Source: Squalus acanthias
Taxonomy: Eukaryota
Direction of reading: 5' to 3'
Length of the DNA: 64,000 nucleotides
Assembly: GCA_030390025.1 (NCBI GenBank)
Contig: CM059432.1
Location: 16,184,001 to 16,248,000 of the forward strand
How positions within the stretch are numbered: the first letter of the stretch is position 1; the number at the start of each line of letters is the position of its first letter. Made by a program: the position numbers and the translations under genes. Below the pieces are notes generated by a model. That model made no database searches, was not told where the DNA came from, and saw only the letters and a list, made by a program, of their open reading frames with translations. Of this stretch, positions 12,073 to 22,820 are shown in pieces.

Positions 12073-12605
12073 TTCTCTCTCCACGGATGTTGCCTCGCCT
12101 GCTGAGTTTTTCCAGCGTTTTCTGTTGTTATTTCGGATTTCCAGCATCCGCAGTATTTTGCTATCGTATATGTATTTAATTGGTCTGCCATTTCTTTGTT
12201 CCCCATTATAAGTTCCCCTGATTCTGACTGCAAGGGACCTATGCTTGATTTCACTAATCTTTTTCTCTTCACATATCTATAAAAGCTTTTACAGTCATTT
12301 TTTATGTTCCCTGCAAGCTTACTCTCGTATTCTATTTTCCCCTTCTTAATTAATCCATTTGTCCTCCTTTGTTGAATCTTAAACTGCTCCCAATCCTCAG
12401 GGTTACTGCTTTTTCTGGCCAATTTATATGCCCTCTCCTTGGATCTTATGCTATCCCTAATTTCCCTTGTTAGCCACGGTTGAGTCACCCTTTTTGTTTT
12501 ATTCTTATGCCAAACTGGGATGAACAAATTCTGTAGCTCGTCCATGCGGTCTTTAATGTTTGCCATTGCCTATTTCGGGTTTTAGCACAAGCGCAGCGAT
12601 TTTGC

Positions 12606-12698
12606 ACTGAGTGCAGTTTAAACAGAGTGCTGTGAGTTGGGTGATTCAGGGAGTTAGTTGAGGAGTGGAAGGAGGAGCTCCCTTGCTTCGCCTTTGTT
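12606..12698 (+). repeat. shared leader L, copy 2
   Basis: Near-identical to 1535-1633 and 14613-14705. Confidence 0.95.
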
Positions 12699-14472
12699 GG
12701 AGAGACACAGGCTGCGAGATTCTCAGCTCAGCTCAGCTCGGTGCTGTGTGAACGGGTGAGCAAGCATACCCAAGCTGCTTGCGGGGAATGCTAGTGGGAA
12801 GGCTGTGAGATTCTCGGCTCAGCTTGGTGCTGTGTGAATGGGCTGTTCCACACCCCGGCTGCTCGTGGGGAATGCCAGTGCGGAGGGCCCAGTGCAGAAG
12901 GTCCAGGGTGGAAGACCCAGAGGAGAGTGGCCTAGGCGGGAGGCCCAGCATGGAGAACCCCAGGTGGGGGGCCCAGGGTGAAGCGGCTGGTCGGCAGAGG
13001 TGGAGTCGGGAGATGCTGTGGGTGAGCATGCTGCACTGGTTCTAAAAGTTGAAGAATGGTCTCGGGCCGGGATGAGTTCCAGCGGCCCCGTATGTGCTCC
13101 GTCTGGTGGCAGCTGTGAGGCTTTTCTCGGTGACGGGATCGGGTTTGTGCGCTGCCATTTTGGTGGAGGAAAGACAAACTGTTTCCATCTGTAGCATGGC
13201 GCGTGAGCAGGTCACAAGATGGGAAATGTGAACGGTTAAAAGTGGGGGAAAAAAGGAAAAATAAAAGGAAGATAAAAGACAAAACAAAGTAATATCGGTA
13301 AGGAATAATGAGTATTTTTTGATGACTGGGTCCTGTGAGCAATAACAGCAAGTAGAAGAAAATCTGAGTTTTCGGTCTTTTTTACGGGATTGAGAAAGTG
13401 GATGGTTTCTTTTCCGTGGAAAAGCTGAAGACTGTGGACAAGGACTATGACATCACATGGTTCGACAGACATCAAGTGAAAACGAGGAGTTATTAAATTG
13501 CCAATAGGACTGGCGTAGAACTGGTATTTACTTGTTTTGTTGAAAAAAGTTTCAGGTTTTCTGGTTGAAAGCAGTCTACTTGAGCTTTAATTGATTTTTG
13601 ATAAGGTGATGGGATTTTGCACATTGTGTTGTTAATTAGTGTTTATGTAGAATTTGCTTTGAGATTATTGTCTAGCAAATGGTATGAATTTATATTGGTA
13701 AGAAATTTATGGCTGGCTTTCGGGGGGGGGAAATTTCCTTAATGAACGAACTATTGAACGGACGGACGCTTGAGTGAACGAACGAACGAACGATCGAACG
13801 AACGCACGCATGCACATTGGAACTTACGCTCGATCGAACGAACAATCGTTTGGCTAGCGATTGAACGAACGAATGAGTGAACGCACACACTTAGACAAAT
13901 GGTACGCACGCACGCATACATATTGGAACTTACACTCGATCGAACGAACGGTCGTTGGCCTCTGAACGAACGAACGAGCGAACGAACGCACGCATGCACG
14001 CACTTAGACAAACGGTAGCACACGCACGCACATTGGAACTTACGCTCGATCGAACGAATGAACGAACGCTCGAGTGAACGAACGAACGATTGAACGAACG
14101 ATCGAATGAACGATTGAATGAACAAACGATGCCAGTAGGACTGGCGTAAAATGGGTAGTAGTATATTTGTAGCATTTAATTGAATTATGATGGTGCTATG
14201 TGATTTGTACACTGAGGTGTTAAACTGTTTTCTTTTATGTGGAGTTTACCTTGAGATTTATTGTTTTAAATCTACAAAGTTTGTGTGAGATTATTTAAGG
14301 GTATTTGTATTGTAAACTTTGTTGATTTATTTGTAAAATTTTATTAATGTATTTATATTGTTAATCGTAAAGCTGTTTTTAAGGCTTTATTGTTTATTGT
14401 GATCAATGAATGTAATGGTCTACTATGTAATTGATGAGTTGTGTAAGTACTATTGTACTTGAATAAAAGATT
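12699..14472 (+). mobile_element. unclassified non-coding element X (putative non-autonomous partner of the Tx1)
   Basis: First 58 bp identical to the Tx1 start (1634-1691), no credible ORF, T-rich tail with AATAAA at 14462 directly before P2. Confidence 0.6.
13740..14128 (+). repeat. (GAAC)n/(GCAC)n compound repeat with a ~110-120 bp higher-order unit
   Basis: CATTGGAACTTACGCTCGATCGAACGAA recurs three times (~13814, ~13921, ~14031) among GAAC runs. Confidence 0.85.
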
Positions 14473-14615
14473 TACAAGGCCTACAATTCAGAGCAGCTGA
14501 AGGCAGTTAATTAGGGGAACTAGATTAAACTGGTTCTCCTGTAGCAGGGCAGGGCCAAGCAAGCTCCTTTGTTTCAGGGCCTATAAAAACAGGCTTTGAA
14601 GTGCGATTTTGCACT
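14473..14615 (+). promoter_or_regulatory. module P copy 2: candidate Pol II core promoter (TATA and Inr)
   Basis: TATAAAAA at 14582, 31 nt upstream of the A (14613) of TGCACT (BBCABW Inr consensus); that A is the first base of leader L. Confidence 0.7.
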
Positions 14616-14987
14616 GAGTGTGGTTTAAACAGAGTGCTGCGAGTTGGGTGAGTCAGGGAGTCAGGTGAGGAATGGAAGGAGGAGCTCCCTTGCTTCGCCT
14701 TTGTTTTTCCTAACTTTTCACCCTGTAGGAATTGGTTCTTACTTTACACCAAGGAAAGAGTCCGAGAGCGGGAGCAGTCAAACAACAACAACTGCGAAAC
14801 CGCTAAAGTGACGTCACAACCAGGGAAGGAGCTGATTGGTAAGTAGGACCTGGTGAGTATTTCTACAGTCCAGTCGTTAAAGTAAAAGTAAGGTCTCTAG
14901 TTTAGAGTAAGTAGTGTTTAAAGGGAAGTAAGGTCCCTAGTGTATTTAATATTCTTTAATTTAAAGGGAGTAAATTAAGGGTAGGAC

Positions 14988-16001
14988 ATGGCAGGGCAGC
15001 TCGGCTGCGTGGAGTGCTCCTCCTGTGCTATGTGGGAAGTCAGGGACACATTAGGTGTCCAGGGCGAACACATGTGCAGGAAGTGTCTCCAGCTACAGCT
15101 ACTCGAAATCCGCGTTTCAGAACTGGAGCTGTGGCTGGAGTCACTGTGGAGCATCCGCGAAGCTGAGATCTTCGTGGATAGCACGTTTAACGAGGTGGTC
15201 ACACCGCAGGTAAAGAGTGCACAGGCAGACAGGAAATGGGTGACCGCCAGACAGAGTAAAAGAACTAGGAAGGTAGTGCAGGAGTCCCCTGGGTCCATTT
15301 CCCTCTCCGACAGATTTTCCGTTTTGGATACTGCTGGGGGAGATGGTTTCTCAGGGGAATGCAGCAAGAGCCAAGTCCGTGGCACTACAAGTGGCTCAGC
15401 TGCACAGGAGGGGAGGAAAAAGATTGGGAGAGCAATAGTGATAGGGGATTCTATTGTAAGGGGAACAGATAGACGTTTCTGTGGCCGCAGACGTGACTCC
15501 AGGATGGTATGTTGCCTCCCTGGTGCCAGGGTCAAGGATGTCACTGAACGGCTGCAGGGCATTCTGAAGGGGGAGGGCGAACAGTCAGAGGTCGTGGTTC
15601 ACATTGGTACCAACGACATGGGTAGAAAGAGGGATGAGGTCCTGCAACAAGAATTTAGGGAGCTAGGTAGCAGATTAAAAAGCAGGACCTCAAAGGTTGT
15701 AATCTCTGGATTACTCCCGGTGCCACGTGCTAGTGAGTATAGGAATAGGAGGATAGAGCAGATGAATGCGTGGCTAAAGAGTTGGTGCAGGAGGGAGGGC
15801 TTTAGTTTCCTGGATCACTGGGCCTGCTTCTGGGGGAGGTGGGACCTGTACAAGTCGGACGGGTTGCACCTGAACCGGAACGGGACCAACATCCTTGCGG
15901 GGAGGTTTGCTAGTACTGTTGGGGGGGGGTTTAAACTAACTTGGCAGGGGGCTGGAATACGGAGTGGAGCTATAGTAGGGGTGATACACAGCCAAATATA
16001 G
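14988..16001 (+). CDS. CR1 ORF1: zinc finger/leucine zipper and SGNH (GDSL) esterase domain, 337 aa
   Basis: CVECSSC...HMCRKC, heptad leucines, IGDSIVRG, HIGTND, DGLHLN. Confidence 0.9.
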   Translation: MAGQLGCVECSSCAMWEVRDTLGVQGEHMCRKCLQLQLLEIRVSELELWLESLWSIREAEIFVDSTFNEVVTPQVKSAQADRKWVTARQSKRTRKVVQESPGSISLSDRFSVLDTAGGDGFSGECSKSQVRGTTSGSAAQEGRKKIGRAIVIGDSIVRGTDRRFCGRRRDSRMVCCLPGARVKDVTERLQGILKGEGEQSEVVVHIGTNDMGRKRDEVLQQEFRELGSRLKSRTSKVVISGLLPVPRASEYRNRRIEQMNAWLKSWCRREGFSFLDHWACFWGRWDLYKSDGLHLNRNGTNILAGRFASTVGGGFKLTWQGAGIRSGAIVGVIHSQI

Positions 16002-16042
16002 AGGAAAAAACAAGTCAGCCTGGAAGGAAGAGCAAATATGTA

Positions 16043-18866
16043 ATGGCACAAGGGAGTATGGCAAGGCTGGATGGCATTTATTTTAATGCAAGGAGTCTTG
16101 CGAGTAAGGCAGATGAATTGAAGGTGTTGATGAACACATGGGAGTATGATATTGTTGCTATCATAGAGACATGGTTGAGGGAGGGGCAGGACTGGCAGCT
16201 CAATATTCCGGGGTATAGAATCTTCAGGCGAGACAGAGGGGGGTGTAAAAGAGGAGGGGGTGTCGCAATATTAATCAAGGAGTCAATTACTGCTGTAAGG
16301 AGGAATGATATCTTAGCAGGTTCCTCTAATGAGGCCATATGGGTAGAACTTAAAAACAAAAAGGGGGCAAGCACTTTGCTGGGAGTGTACTATAGGCCCC
16401 CAAACAGTCAGGGGGAGATAGAGTGACAGATATGTCGGCAAATCTCAGAGAAGTGTAGAAATAATAGGGTAATAATAGTAGGGGATTTCAACTTCCCCAA
16501 TATTAATTGGGATAGTCAGAGTGTGAAAGGCTTGGAGGGTGCGGAATTCTTAAAGTGCATCCAGGAGAGCTTTTTGAGCCAGCATGTAGAAAGTCCTACA
16601 AGAGAGGGGCGGTACTGGACCTAATTCTAGGGAATGTAGGGCAAGTGGTAGAAGTGTCAGTAAGAGAGCATTTTGGTGACACTGACCATAATTCGGTGAG
16701 ATTTAAGGTAGTCATGGAAAAGGAAAAAGGTGGACCAGAAATAAAGGTTCTAAATTGGGGGAAGGTCGATTTTAATATGATAAGGCAGGATCTGGCCAAA
16801 GTGGACTGGGATCAGCTACTTGCAGGAAAGTCCAAATCAGAGCAATGGGAGTCTTTCAGAAAGGAAATAGAGAGAGTACAATGCCAACATGTTCCCGTAA
16901 AGGTCAAGGGTGGGACCAACAAACCCAGGGAACCCTGGATGTCAAGGGATATACAAGAATGGATTAGGGGAAAAAAGGGAGGCTTTTGGCAGATACAAAG
17001 GACTAAAAACAGTGGAAGCCCTAGAGGAGTATAGAAAGTGCAGGGGGGTACTTAAAAAAGAAATTAGAGAGCAAAGAGGGGGCATGAAAAAACACTAGCG
17101 GGTAAAATAAAGGAAAATCCCAAGGTGTTATATAAGTATATTAAGGGCAAGAGGATAACCAGGGAAAGAGTAGGGTCCATTAGGGACCAAAGTTGCAATC
17201 TGTGTGTAGAGCCAGAAGATGTAGGTGAGGTGTTAAATGAATATTTTGCATCTGTGTTCACTCTGGAGAAGGACGATGTAGGCATAGAAATCAGGCAGGG
17301 GGATTGTGATATACTTGAACAAATTAGTATTGAGAGGGAGGAGGTACTAGTGGTTTTAGCAGGCTTAAAAGTGGATAAATCCCCAGGCCCTGACGAGATG
17401 TATCCCAGGCTGCCGTGTGAGGCAAGGGAGGAGATTGCAGGGGTTCTGACACAAATTTTCAGAACCACTCTGGCCACAGGGGAGGTGCCAGAGGACTGGA
17501 GAACAGCTAACGTAGTACCATTATTCAAGAAGGGTAGTAGGGATAAACCAGGGAATTACAGGCCAGTGAGCCTAACATCAGTGGTAGGGAAATTATTGGA
17601 AAAAATTCTGAGGGACAGAATTAGTCTCCACTTGGAGAGGCAAGGATTAATCAAGGATAGTCAGCATGGCTTTGTCAGGGGGAGATCATGTCTAACCAAT
17701 TTGATTGAATTTTTCGAGGGGGTGACTAGGTGTGTGGATGAGGGTAGTGTAGTTGATGTAGTCTACATGGACTTCAGTAAGGCTTTTGACAAAGTCCCAA
17801 ATGGGAGACTGGTCAAGAAGGTAAGAGCCCATGAGATCCAGGGCAAATTGGCTCATTGGATCCAAAATTGGCTTAGTGGCAGGAGGCAGAGGGTGGTGGT
17901 CGAAGGTTGTTTTTGTGACTGGAAGCCTGTGTCCAGTGGTGTACCGCAGGGACCGGTGCTGGGTCCTTTGTTGTTTGTAGTGTACATTAATGTTTTAGAT
18001 ATGAATGTAGGAGGTATGATCAGTAAGTTCGCAGATGACACGAAAATTGGTGGAGTGGTAAATAGCAAGGAGGGAAGCCTCAGGCTACAGGACGATATAG
18101 ACGGGTTGGTTAGATGGGCAGAACAGTGGCAAATGGAATTTAACCCTGAAAAATGTGAAGTGATGTATTTTGGGAGGACTAACAAGGCAAGGAAATATAC
18201 AATGAATGGTAGGACCCTAGGAAGGACAGAGGATCAAAGGGACCTTGGTGTGCATGTACATAGATCCCTGAAGGCAGCAGGACAGGTAGATAAGGTGGTT
18301 AAAAAGGCATATGGGATACTTGCCTTCATTAGCCGAGGCATAGAATATAAGAGCAGGGAGGTTATGATGGAGCTGTACAAAACGCTAGTTAGGCCACAGC
18401 TGGAATACTGTGTGCAGTACTGGTCACCACACTATAGGAAGGATGTGATTGCATTGGAGAGGGTGCAGAGGAGATTCACCAGGATGTTACCTGGGCTGGA
18501 GCGCTTCAGATATGAAGAGAGACGGGACAGGCTGGGGTTGTTTTCCTTAGAGCAGAGAAGGCTGAGGGGAGACCTGATTGAGGTGTACAAAATTATGAGG
18601 GGCATAGATAGGGTAGATAGAAAGGAACTTTTCCCCTTAGTAGAGGGTTCAATAACCAGGGGGCATAGTTTCAAGGTAAGGGGCAGGAGGTTTAGAGGGA
18701 TTTGAGGAAAGACTTTTTCACCCAGAGGGTGGTTGGAATCTGGAACTCACTGCCTGAAAGGGTGGTAGAGGCAGGAACCCTCACAACATTCAAGAAGCAT
18801 TTAGATGAGCACTTGAAACGCCATAGCATACAAGGCTACGGACCAAGTGCTGGAAAATGGGATTAG
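16043..18866 (+). pseudogene. CR1 ORF2 (APE and RT), disrupted
   Basis: YFNARSL, ETWL, GGGVA, YYRPP, TDHN, FADD; stop at 16424 and frameshifts near 16600, 16970, 17070 and 18700. Confidence 0.92.
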
Positions 18867-19113
18867 AATAGACAGGGCTTGATGGCCAGCGCGGACACGA
18901 TGGGCCGAAGGGCCTCTTTCTGTGCTGTATAACTCTATGACTCTATGAGAACTGCAGCATGGTTTGCAAAACTATTTCAGGATCTGAGTCCACCCATAAA
19001 CTCCCTGCTCAGATAGTCTGCATTTTAAATAGTTTCCCCAGTTTGTTGCTTGCGTTGGTGTTTGATGCAGACTCACTTGTCTCTGCTCATGCTTGTAGAA
19101 CTCCTCCTCATCC

Positions 19114-19532
19114 TACATAAGAACATAAGAAATAGGAGCAGGAGTAGGCCATTCGGCCCCTCGAGCCTGCTCCGCCATTCAATAATATCACGGCTGATCT
19201 TCTACCTCAACTCCACTTTCCTGCACTATCCCCATATCCCTTGATTCCCTTAATATCCAAAAATCTATCGATTTCTGTCTTGAATATACTCACCGACTGA
19301 GCCTCCACAGCCCTCTGGGGTAGAGAATTCCAAAGATTCACCACCCTCTGAGTGAAGAAATCTCTCCTCATCTCAGTCCTAAATGGCCAACCCCTTATTC
19401 TGAGGCTGTGACCCCTGGTTCTAGACTCCCCAGCCAAGGGAAACATCCTCCCTTCATCTACCCTGTCAAGCCCTGTAAGAATTTTGTATGTTTCAATGAG
19501 CTCACCTCTCATTCTTCTAAACTCTAGAGAAT
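19114..19532 (-). mobile_element. CR1 3' fragment
   Basis: LEFRRMRGELIE...KGYG on the minus strand, ATAAGAAC tail. Confidence 0.9.
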
Positions 19533-19575
19533 ATTGGCCTATCCTCTCGCTTCCTGAGGGCAAGTGGAATTTTTG

Positions 19576-19754
19576 TTTATTCATTCATGGGATGTGGGCG
19601 TCGCTGGCAAGGCCAGCATTTATTGCCCATCCCTAATTGCCCTTGAGAAGGTGGTGGTGAGCCACCTTATACAACTGAGTGGCTTGCTAAGAGAGCAGTT
19701 AAGAGTCAACCACATTGCTGTGGGTCTGGAGTCACATATAGGCCAGACCAGGGT
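19576..19754 (-). mobile_element. 3' part of a SINE sharing its tail with LINE family B
   Basis: 19576-19662 matches the family-B 3' end (49931-50017), then diverges into sequence shared with the tRNA-headed SINE at 60230-60480. Confidence 0.75.
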
Positions 19755-20381
19755 TTAAAGTGCACCTGCTTTATATGGACACACACCAATGGTGTTACAC
19801 AAGTGAATTGGACCATTCGAAAAAGCAAGGCAGGGGAGCCTCATCCTCATTAACATGTTTCCTGGATGTCTAATGAGCCGTGTGTAGATCAACAGCACAA
19901 GCCTCCTGCTCCCCCAGCACGGCCCAGTGCCTTTCCGGCGACTTTCTGCCCCGCTCCACCTCCACCCCAATGCTTGAACCACCAATGCACGGGTTTGGAA
20001 AATCTTCCCTCGAATTCCAAGTGACAACAGAGTCTGAAAAAGAGCTGTACGGGCAAGTGGTGTGTGCACGTCATCACTGGTATTCAATGGCGACATTTTG
20101 CACTGTTTAAGAATATTGAGGTGCAGCCCTTATGTTTTCCTGGCATAAGTATACAGGTATGGATGAAACCACCATCAACTTTCATGATCCGACTGCAGTT
20201 AGAGTATTGTAGAGCACTGGCATCTTGACTACAATGCTCAGTATTGTAGAGGCCAGTGTCTTTTACATTACATCACGCATTCCACCAGCAATATAGCAAT
20301 TTGCACACTAATCGTTGAAGGGGTGGAGTGGCTAATTAAATCTATAACAACCTTGCTACAGTAAGTTGTAACACAAGATAG

Positions 20382-20561
20382 CATAAGAACATAAGAACTT
20401 AAGAAATAGGAGCTGGAGTAGGCCATTCGGCCCCTCGAGCCTGCTCCGCCATTCAATGAGATCATGGCTGATCTTCGACCTCAACTCCACCTTCCCGCAC
20501 TATCCCCATTTCCCTTGATTCCCTTAATATCCAAAAATCTATCGATCTCTGTTTTGAATAT
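20382..20561 (-). mobile_element. CR1 3' end
   Basis: ATAAGAAC tail and GGAGTAGGCCATTCGGCCCCTCGAGCC hairpin region. Confidence 0.9.
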
Positions 20562-21272
20562 ATTGCTATATTCTATTTTTATCAATACTATTGTGGTCAC
20601 TTCCCCTCTGAACTTTCTCTCTTTCTCCATTTAAAATATGCAATCCTGCATGCTTTTCTTACATCTCTCGTGTTGAAATCAAGGCATGGCACAATTAAAT
20701 CATCCGTTGCACATGTTGGGGTGCAATCCTGCATTACAAATAACAATAACAATTGTTCTGCAACTAATAGTGCTCACAAAGCTCACCCATTCAGGGCAAA
20801 GTGGCCTTGGAATTGTATGACCTGGACTATTTCGCTCCAGGTTCAGTTTTCTAGTGACTGAAAAGAAATCGCATTACTGGGCACTTCTTGAAACCTAAAT
20901 GGAAAAAATGTTGCTTTGAAGTGTCAGGGGAGAATGAAAGCAGAAAAAAAATAAGCATCGTGGTCCTCTCTTGTCAGCAGCCTGGTAATGGAATTTGGTC
21001 ATAAATGATCCTGAGAGAGCTTTCGTGTGCCCTAAATCGAGCTAAAGAAAACAGTTTTGGTGCTATTGGATACGCCAGTGGCACACTTGCATCCTCTCAG
21101 TGCATTAATAAATGTCAAATAGATTGAATTAGTCATACAAAAATATTTACTCCTACGCAAAAGAGCTCATGCAGAATGTTTTCCTTTAGTGCTTATCTCA
21201 CGTAGACCTTGATACAACACAGACAAAAGTGGATTGAATTGCAAAAATCAAATGCTTGCAGCAGAGACTTGC

Positions 21273-21660
21273 AGATCTCATTGAAACATATAAGATTCTG
21301 AGGGAGAGTGACAGGGTAGATGCTGAGAGGCTGTTTCCCCTGGCTGGAGAGTCGAAAACCAGGGGACATAGTCTCAGGATAATGGGGCGGCCATTTAGGA
21401 CTGAGATGAGGAAAAATCTCTTCGCTAAGAGTAGCTGTGAATCTTTGGAATTCACTACCCCAGAGGGCTGCGGATGCTCAGTCATTGAGTATATTCAAGG
21501 CTGAGATCGTTAGATGTTTGGACTCTAAGGGAATCAAGGGATATGGGGACCGGGCGGGAAAATGGAGTTGAAATCGATGATCAGCCATGATCTTATTGAA
21601 TGGTGGAGCAGGCTCAAGGGGCCGAATGGCCTACTCCTGCTCTTATTTCTTATGTTCTTA
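21273..21660 (+). mobile_element. CR1 3' fragment
   Basis: DLIETYKIL...TRGHSLRI; TTCTTATG tail. Confidence 0.9.
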
Positions 21661-21719
21661 GATTCCCCACTAGGAGTTTGAAAGGTTAACCTCCTAATGG
21701 AACATTGGACATTCAACTA

Positions 21720-21990
21720 TACTGGGGAGCACAGCTACATCAGATAATGTCCTTATCCTACATCCACATCCACAATTTCCAGCAAGGGTGACGGGATAAC
21801 AATCCAGGCCAGAAATACTGGTTGATTTCCCATTTCCCTAGCCCAAGGATATTGAACCTGATTGTAACACCACCCCGCCCGCCCACCCCCATTAGCTTCC
21901 TTGCTAAGCTCAGCTAACTCATCAAAGACCAGCGATCAAACCCGGACCTTCTTGCTAGTACCATACAGCACACATCCACTGAGCCATCAA
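21720..21990 (-). mobile_element. LF-SINE-like relic
   Basis: Reverse complement resembles the LF-SINE 5' half as I recall it (AGGTCCGGGTTTGATC...GAGTTAGCTGAG...GGGCTAGGGA...TGCTGGAAA); similar to 50345-50720. Confidence 0.55.
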
Positions 21991-22294
21991 GGTTCATTGA
22001 TACTCAGATTTAAAAGATAGGGTCCAAATGACCCCAAAATTTCACAGGCCACAATCCTGGCACTTACGCCATGATTCTGCTTGCTGGTGCTCTCCAGTGT
22101 TGACCTGACTGGATTCTACAAGGTTGGGTTCGCACCTAATTAGCATGGGGCTAGCTGGTGCCCATGCCACTATTTGCCCAGGAGGCCAGAAAATGCAATG
22201 ATGGAGACTAGGACGTATCCGGACACCGCCAGAAACCCCAAACTGTGCCCGCAGTCAAAATGGCTGCTCTTCGGGAGAATTGCATTTCAGACTC

Positions 22295-22820
22295 GCCAAA
22301 GCCTTTCCACCATCTACAAGGCACAAGTAAGGAGTGTGATGGAAAACTCTCCACTTGCCTGGATGAGTGCAGCTCCAACAACACTCAAGAAGCTCGACAC
22401 CATCCAGGACAAAGCAGCCCACTTGATTGGCACCCCATCCACCACCTTAAACATTCACTCCCTCCACCACCAGCGTACCGTGGCTGCAGTGTGTACCATC
22501 TACAAGATGCACTGCAGCAACTCCCAAACCCACGACCTCTACCACCTAGAAGGACAACGACAGCAGGCGCATGGGAACACCACCACCGCCAAGTTCCCCT
22601 CCAAGTCACACACCATCCTGATTTGGAAATATATCGCTGTTCCTTCATCGTCGCTGGGTCAAAATCCTGGAACTCCCTCCCGAACTGCACTGTGGGAGTT
22701 CCTTCACCACAAGGACTGCAGCGGTTCAAGAAGGCGGCTCACCACCACCTTCTCAAGGGCAATTAGGGATGGGCAATAAATGCTGGCCTTGCCAATGACG
22801 CCCAAATGCCATGAACAAAT
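22295..22820 (+). mobile_element. LINE family B (CR1/L2 group) 3' fragment
   Basis: LSTIYKAQVRSVME..LDTIQDKAA; same family as 29.2, 47.7 and 49.9 kb. Confidence 0.85.

Larger units (their letters stand above)
10627..12167 (+). mobile_element. Penelope-like element (Neptune-type), 5'-truncated
   Basis: 15-bp TSD ATATGTATTTAATTG at 10612-10626 and 12168-12182; RT and GIY-YIG ORF; pyrimidine-rich 3' region. Confidence 0.93.
8878..12595 (-). mobile_element. 5'-truncated CR1 LINE inserted into P1, itself interrupted by a Penelope element
   Basis: (ATTCTATG)n tail at 8878, open RT frame 8977-10566, upstream part 12183-12570, GCGAT duplicated at 8873-8877 and 12596-12600. Confidence 0.95.
14613..18947 (+). 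mobile_element. full-length CR1 LINE (leader L3, 5' UTR, ORF1, ORF2, (ACTCTATG)2 tail)
   Basis: Both ORFs and the octamer tail are present; the 5' UTR has TGACGTCA (14809) and an inverted CCAAT (14835). Confidence 0.95.

Noticed and set aside
13690..14212. RSFV-repeat ORFs
   Set aside because: Translation of the (GTTC)n microsatellite.
22019..22293. Further MITEs (also ~23780-24115 and ~32467-33040)
   Set aside because: TIR-like ends are too degenerate and no TSD could be confirmed.
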